Positions 46,346 to 51,276 of a DNA stretch of 51,276 nt are shown here, piece by piece (position 1 is the first letter of the stretch; each line of letters opens with the position of its first letter). Both the position numbers and the translations under genes were made by a program. Source of the DNA: Parcubacteria group bacterium GW2011_GWA2_40_14 (GTDB lineage: Bacteria > Patescibacteriota > Minisyncoccia > Phycocordibacterales > DATDWN01); contig LBYF01000004.1 in the NCBI GenBank assembly GCA_000996025.1, positions 1 through 51,276 of the forward strand. Reading direction: 5' to 3'. Under the pieces are notes generated by a model, which did no database searches, was not told the DNA's origin, and was given only the letters and a program-made list of their open reading frames with translations.

Positions 46346-47074
46346 ATGAATTTTCATATAATTACTTTATTTCCTGACTCCTTCAGCTCGTACCTCGGCG
46401 AGTCTATTATTGCGCGGGCGATTGCCGATAAGAAAATTTCTGTAAGGTTTTATAATCCGCGCGATTTTACAAAAGATAAATGGAGGAGGATTGACCAAAA
46501 GCCGTACAGTGGGGGTCCAGGTATGGTCATCCAAGCCCTTCCAGTTATCAAAGCTATTGAAGCAGCTTTGAAACGAGTTAAGAGTAACGAGTTAAGAGTA
46601 ACGAAAAGGAAAAATAAAAAACTCAAATCTCGTGACTCTAAACTCGTATCTCGTACCTCTATTATATTTCTCTCGCCGGGTGGCAAACAATTTGATACGG
46701 CGTATGCAAAAAAATCTGCAAAAAAGTACACAGACATTATTTTAATTTCTGGACGATATGAGGGGATAGATGCACGAGTAAAAAAAGTCTTATTAAGATA
46801 TAAGGCGAAAGCTACGACAGAGGATATTTCCGTTGGACCTTTTGTGTTGACCGGTGGGGAATTGCCAGCCATGATTATGATTGACTGTATAGCCCGCCAA
46901 GTGGAAGGTGTTCTAGGTAATTTTGATTCCCTGGAGGAATCTAGAATTTCAAGTTCTGAAGTCTATACCCGTCCAGAAGTTTTTACATACAAAGGCAAAA
47001 AATATCGTGTGCCAAAGGTATTACTTTCGGGGAATCATGCTGAAATTGAAGATTGGAAGAAAAAACAAAAGTAG
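46346..47074 (+). CDS. trmD: tRNA (guanine-N1)-methyltransferase
   Basis: ITLFP, PYSGGPGMV, GRYEGIDARV, S.GPFVLTGGELPA, VP.VLLSGNH. Confidence 0.95.
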   Translation: MNFHIITLFPDSFSSYLGESIIARAIADKKISVRFYNPRDFTKDKWRRIDQKPYSGGPGMVIQALPVIKAIEAALKRVKSNELRVTKRKNKKLKSRDSKLVSRTSIIFLSPGGKQFDTAYAKKSAKKYTDIILISGRYEGIDARVKKVLLRYKAKATTEDISVGPFVLTGGELPAMIMIDCIARQVEGVLGNFDSLEESRISSSEVYTRPEVFTYKGKKYRVPKVLLSGNHAEIEDWKKKQK

Positions 47075-47089
47075 TGCTAAACTGTAACG

Positions 47090-48808
47090 ATGCTACAATC
47101 AGAAGCTTTGGACATTTTGAAAATGGGAAAGAATGTTTTTCTGACTGGCCCTGCTGGGAGTGGAAAGACTCATGTGGTAAATGAATATGTAAAATATTTG
47201 AAATCCATGGCTGTGGATGTGGCGGTGACGGCTTCCACTGGCATTGCCGCCACGCACATTGGCGGAATGACCATACACTCGTGGTCTGGGCTTGGTATTC
47301 GCGACAGACTGACAGACTATGACATTGACGACTTGATGCAGAGACAGTATTTGTACAAAAGATTTGAGAGAACAAAAGTTTTAATAATTGACGAGGTTTC
47401 AATGTTGCATCATTATCGCTTGGATTTGATTGAGTGGATTTGTCGGCAGATGAAACGGAGCGACAGGCCGTTTGGCGGAATGCAAGTTGTTTTGTGTGGC
47501 GATTTTTTCCAACTACCTCCCGTAACTCGTGGTGATATTGTGGAATCCGAGTTTGCCTACAAAGCTGAGGTTTGGGGTAGTTCCAAATTGACTATTTGTT
47601 ATCTGTCGGAACAACATCGCCAAAAGGATAATATTTATCTTTCCATATTAAGTCAGATTAGAGAAAATAAAGTAACGGAAAAAACAATTGATTTGCTGAA
47701 GAGTCGGCTCAACGCACAGGACAATCTCGGCACGGGGACGACCAAACTTTACACCCACAATATAGATGTAGATGTTATAAACAATCGCCATTTGGATTTG
47801 ATAAAAGTGGCAGGAAAAAGTTACGTTATGTCTCACAAAGGTTCGCCAAACCTGACGGCTACGCTCCGAAAAAGTTGCCTGTCACCGGAAACGTTGGTAC
47901 TGAAAGTTGGGGCGCGGGTGATGTTTACCAAAAACCACATGGATGGCGGATTTGTTAACGGCACCTTGGGCGTTGTAAAGGATTTCAACCAGTTTGGCGA
48001 TCCTGTGGTGCGGACGACAACGGGTATGTTGTTTACAGTTTTGCCAGGGTCATGGAAAATAGAAGAGGAAGGCAAAGTCAAAGCTGAAATAACTCAACTG
48101 CCTCTGCGTTTGGCATGGGCTATCACCGTGCACAAGAGCCAGGGAATGTCTTTAGACGCTATGGAAGTTGATTTATCAAACGCTTTTGTTCGTGGTATGG
48201 GATATGTAGCGCTTTCCCGTGTGCGTTCTCTCGGCGGGATGAAACTCTTGGGATTTAACGAAATGTCTCTTCAAGTTGATCCGGAGGTTCTAGAACGCGA
48301 CCTTGAGTTTCGCCGTATGTCAGACTCCGCTAGGCAAGACCTAGCGGAGATGTCCCGAGCGGAGATTGCAGAGATTCAAAAAGGATATTTGAAAAAGATT
48401 GAGCCGAGTTCAGCCGAACGGCAATTAAAAAATAAGGCCAAGCTACGACAGAAAGAGAAACAAGAAAATCAGATAGCGAAAAAAAGCACAGTAGAGATAA
48501 CATCTGACATGATAGCGAAGGAGATGCCGCTTGCCGAAATTGCAGATGCGCGCAAAGTCAAACCGGAAACTATCGTTTCACATATTGAAGATATGGTCAT
48601 GGCTGACAAACTGGAGAAGACAAATCGCTGTCCGGATATTACGTATCTCAAGCGCGAGCTCAAGCGTTCAGAGATAGACGACATCCTCTCGGCATTTGCA
48701 AAAGCCGGAACCACAACACTTTCCCCAGTCTACAATCTCCTAGCAAAGCAAAAAAAGAAACCAAGTTATCTGAAAATCCGCCTCGCCCGATTGTTTTTAG
48801 ACAAGTAG
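47090..48808 (+). CDS. PIF1-family (SF1B) helicase with C-terminal HTH
   Basis: TGPAGSGKT, IIDEVSM, GDFFQLPPV, QLPLRLAWAITVHKSQGMSL, YVALSR. Confidence 0.9.
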   Translation: MLQSEALDILKMGKNVFLTGPAGSGKTHVVNEYVKYLKSMAVDVAVTASTGIAATHIGGMTIHSWSGLGIRDRLTDYDIDDLMQRQYLYKRFERTKVLIIDEVSMLHHYRLDLIEWICRQMKRSDRPFGGMQVVLCGDFFQLPPVTRGDIVESEFAYKAEVWGSSKLTICYLSEQHRQKDNIYLSILSQIRENKVTEKTIDLLKSRLNAQDNLGTGTTKLYTHNIDVDVINNRHLDLIKVAGKSYVMSHKGSPNLTATLRKSCLSPETLVLKVGARVMFTKNHMDGGFVNGTLGVVKDFNQFGDPVVRTTTGMLFTVLPGSWKIEEEGKVKAEITQLPLRLAWAITVHKSQGMSLDAMEVDLSNAFVRGMGYVALSRVRSLGGMKLLGFNEMSLQVDPEVLERDLEFRRMSDSARQDLAEMSRAEIAEIQKGYLKKIEPSSAERQLKNKAKLRQKEKQENQIAKKSTVEITSDMIAKEMPLAEIADARKVKPETIVSHIEDMVMADKLEKTNRCPDITYLKRELKRSEIDDILSAFAKAGTTTLSPVYNLLAKQKKKPSYLKIRLARLFLDK

Positions 48809-48832
48809 TCACATGGTATTATAATTATTATC

Positions 48833-49258
48833 ATGAATTTACATCCTGCTTTGGTCCACTTTCCCATAGCACTGCTCACTCTCTACGCAGTCTGTGAATT
48901 GGTGTGGTCGCAGAAGCTCTCGGAAAACATTTCCTGGTTTTGGTGGAAGTTTGGACTTCTCTTTTTTGGTGTACTTTCTTCCATTCCAACTATTTTGACC
49001 GGAATTTTGGCACGTGACCTTATTGGTAATTCTGAATTGATTAATCTGCACAAAAACTTTGCCTTTTCCACTATTGCCGTTTTTTCTATTATTTTGATTC
49101 TGTATTTCAAGCGGCTTTTGATTAATTCCACATCAATACGTCTGTATGCTCTCCTCGGCCTCGCTCTCATCACTATCACAGGGGCTTTGGGCGGAGCTGT
49201 TGCCTTTGGTCCAGATGTGGATCCTCTGGTTAGTTTTATTTATCACACATTCTTTTAA
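48833..49258 (+). CDS. DUF2231-like membrane protein
   Basis: HPALVHFPIAL, four TM segments, TG.LGG. Confidence 0.8.
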   Translation: MNLHPALVHFPIALLTLYAVCELVWSQKLSENISWFWWKFGLLFFGVLSSIPTILTGILARDLIGNSELINLHKNFAFSTIAVFSIILILYFKRLLINSTSIRLYALLGLALITITGALGGAVAFGPDVDPLVSFIYHTFF

Positions 49259-49290
49259 ATCCTACAGACACTCCGTGTCTGTAGGATTTA
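49256..49290. repeat. Perfect 16 bp-arm hairpin with 3 nt loop
   Basis: taaatcctacagacac-tcc-gtgtctgtaggattta. Confidence 0.85.
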
Positions 49291-49318
49291 GGTTTACTCA
49301 TACCTGTCCCTTAGCAAG

Positions 49319-49356
49319 ATACGTTAGAATCCTGCTATAGCAAGATTCTAACGTAT
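49319..49356. repeat. 38 bp palindrome F1 (1 mismatch; solo copy, divergent arms)
   Basis: atacgttagaatcctgcta|tagcaagattctaacgtat(gtg). Confidence 0.85.
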
Positions 49357-49439
49357 GTGAGTAAAATTATGTTATTAAGGAATATGCGTGGATTTATTCA
49401 TAGTGATTTATAATAGTAAGTGCTACAATAATATGTAGT

Positions 49440-51275
49440 ATGAAATTTTCTGGCATCGTATTGCGTCTTGGATTTTTGTTTTCTTTCGCGTTTCTTCTAT
49501 TTTTTGGTGGAACAAAATACACATTTGCATATATTATTTTTGACCAATCACCTGTAGATGAAACATTCAATGCGGCTATTTTGAATACTCCGCAGTTTGT
49601 AAGTTTTGGTTGTACCGCCGAGCTCAATTGCAAGGTTTCCGGACAAACTGTCTATGATGTTGGTGTTTGGATTAAAAAAGTGGGCAATCCAGCTGCTATC
49701 CGTCTGCAAGTGGCCAACACATGGAATGACCCGACAGGAGGAACTTCTATATTTTCCGATTCCATTTCCGTCAGTTCAATTTCTGACACGACATATAATC
49801 TAGTCTGGTTTCATTTTCCGCTCGGTGTGATTATCGGCAATCAGTCCAGTTACAGTCAGTTTTTTCAGTTCCAATTTACCAATGCAAATGGCACATACAA
49901 TGCGGTGGATTATTACAGAGTTCTTCAGCGTGATAACGACTACTCGGCTCCACAGCAATGGTGCAAAACTGGCTCTGGATGCGCCTCGTCAGATTTTTTC
50001 TGGCAAATGGACAATGGTATTGTGGACACACCCATACCACAAGAACAAATTGGCGACCCGAACAATCTACCTGTCACTATTTCTCCTGCAGGCGATGTGT
50101 CCAGTGTTGCAATAAATTGTACTATCGGGCGTAACTATACGACTACATTAGTTCACAGAGATGGAAATATTGTTTCTCACGGTTATGGAGTGGTAGCCCG
50201 CAAGTATTGCACTAACGGCACACTTTCTTTTGACGGGTTTAATATAAACAGTCTTTTGACGACTGGTGTTGACCCAGAGTGGTGGCGCTTTGTTCACACA
50301 CCGCTGGAGTACATTATAAAAGACACCACGGGTCTGTACTTTTCTGAATGTGACAGAAATGTCTGTACACTTATAAATTTGGTAAGAGATTATAATACAT
50401 ATGACCCTGATATTTATCTGGCCTCGTCCACATACTGGACGACGGTCGGCAAGGGTCCTATTTTTGATAGCACTGACCATGTCACATGGTTTGACACCAG
50501 ACCCACTACACCACCTCCGCCACCACTACCGACATGTTGTTCCAGCATTTTGTTTCTTCCTGGTTTTGAAGCTTCGCGACTTTACAAGACAAGTGTTACA
50601 AGTTGTACAGTAAATTGCGAAGATACTTTATGGGAGCCAAACGGAAACAGTGATGTGGAAGCTCTTTTTATGACAGTTCTTGGTGAAAGTGTGGATGATA
50701 GTATTTACACTCGGGATGTTTTGGATGAAGCTTATTCTGTTTTAAATATTTACAAATCGTTTCTAGAAAAGATGCAAGATATGAAATCGGATGGTGATAT
50801 CACGGATTTTTCGGCCGTTCCATACGATTGGCGACTGCCCTTGAGTGATATTTTGGAAAGTGGAAAGAAAATAGATGCAAATAATATTTCGTATCTTGCC
50901 GCGACTTCTTCACCTTACATTTTGCAAGAATTGCGCAGGTTGGTCTCCAGTTCGCAAAACGGAAAAGTGACTATCGTGGCGCACAGTAACGGCGGACTTT
51001 TGGCAAAAGCACTTCTGAAAAAACTAGCAGATGAAAATGACCCACTTCTCGGGAAGGTTCTCAAACTGATTCTTGTTGCTGTGCCACAACTTGGTACACC
51101 CTCTGCTGTTACCAGTCTGCTTCACGGATACGACCAAGGGATACCTACGACTATGGGACCATTTCTCTCCTCTAGGACAGCGCGAACATTTGGACACAAC
51201 GTTTCGTCTGCTTACAATTTCCTGCCAAGCGATGAATATTTTGACCAAGTAGACACACCAATCGTAACTTTTGAC
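49440..51275 (+). CDS. 3'-partial secreted protein with LCAT/lipase-type alpha/beta hydrolase domain
   Basis: Not in the ORF track because it has no stop in the window. Signal peptide MKFSGIVLRLGFLFSFAFLL; ILFLPG, PYDWR, nucleophile elbow AHSNGG (50979), VPQLGTP. Confidence 0.85.
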   Translation, partial: MKFSGIVLRLGFLFSFAFLLFFGGTKYTFAYIIFDQSPVDETFNAAILNTPQFVSFGCTAELNCKVSGQTVYDVGVWIKKVGNPAAIRLQVANTWNDPTGGTSIFSDSISVSSISDTTYNLVWFHFPLGVIIGNQSSYSQFFQFQFTNANGTYNAVDYYRVLQRDNDYSAPQQWCKTGSGCASSDFFWQMDNGIVDTPIPQEQIGDPNNLPVTISPAGDVSSVAINCTIGRNYTTTLVHRDGNIVSHGYGVVARKYCTNGTLSFDGFNINSLLTTGVDPEWWRFVHTPLEYIIKDTTGLYFSECDRNVCTLINLVRDYNTYDPDIYLASSTYWTTVGKGPIFDSTDHVTWFDTRPTTPPPPPLPTCCSSILFLPGFEASRLYKTSVTSCTVNCEDTLWEPNGNSDVEALFMTVLGESVDDSIYTRDVLDEAYSVLNIYKSFLEKMQDMKSDGDITDFSAVPYDWRLPLSDILESGKKIDANNISYLAATSSPYILQELRRLVSSSQNGKVTIVAHSNGGLLAKALLKKLADENDPLLGKVLKLILVAVPQLGTPSAVTSLLHGYDQGIPTTMGPFLSSRTARTFGHNVSSAYNFLPSDEYFDQVDTPIVTFD

Positions 51276-51276
51276 G

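Overview
AT-rich bacterial chromosome segment (genetic code 11). Gene content and style are most consistent with a Patescibacteria/CPR (Parcubacteria-like) genome; this is an inference, not a database result. Core genes: class II RNR; a gap/rpiB/rpe/split tkt/pfkB/fba sugar cluster; rplY, rpmE, prfA, rpsB, tsf, tRNA-Thr(TGT); a single-chain PheRS; gyrB, thrS, dnaE, rnhB, rpmF, a nusB-Nudix fusion, rnc, a short smc, rnr, rpsP, khpA, trmD and a PIF1-like helicase. Small accessory pieces are interspersed among them. Main observations: (1) a family of 38-44 bp fixed-geometry palindromes (ATAC-N11-GCTATAGC-N11-GTAT) whose arms differ between copies but stay self-complementary; two of them bracket a lone wHTH + Cas2/PaaX-fold gene and others occur as solo sites; (2) a 21 bp palindrome (TGTCAARGAC-N-GTCYTTGACA) read in frame inside thrS, rnhB and rnr; (3) a decayed diversity-generating retroelement (target gene with a VR-like end, hairpin, 5'-truncated RT; no TR or avd seen); (4) several families of structured intergenic repeats, one of which supplies the C-terminus of L32; (5) a promoter- and terminator-bounded sRNA candidate between thrS and dnaE. 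All calls were made by eye from sequence motifs, and no searches were run.
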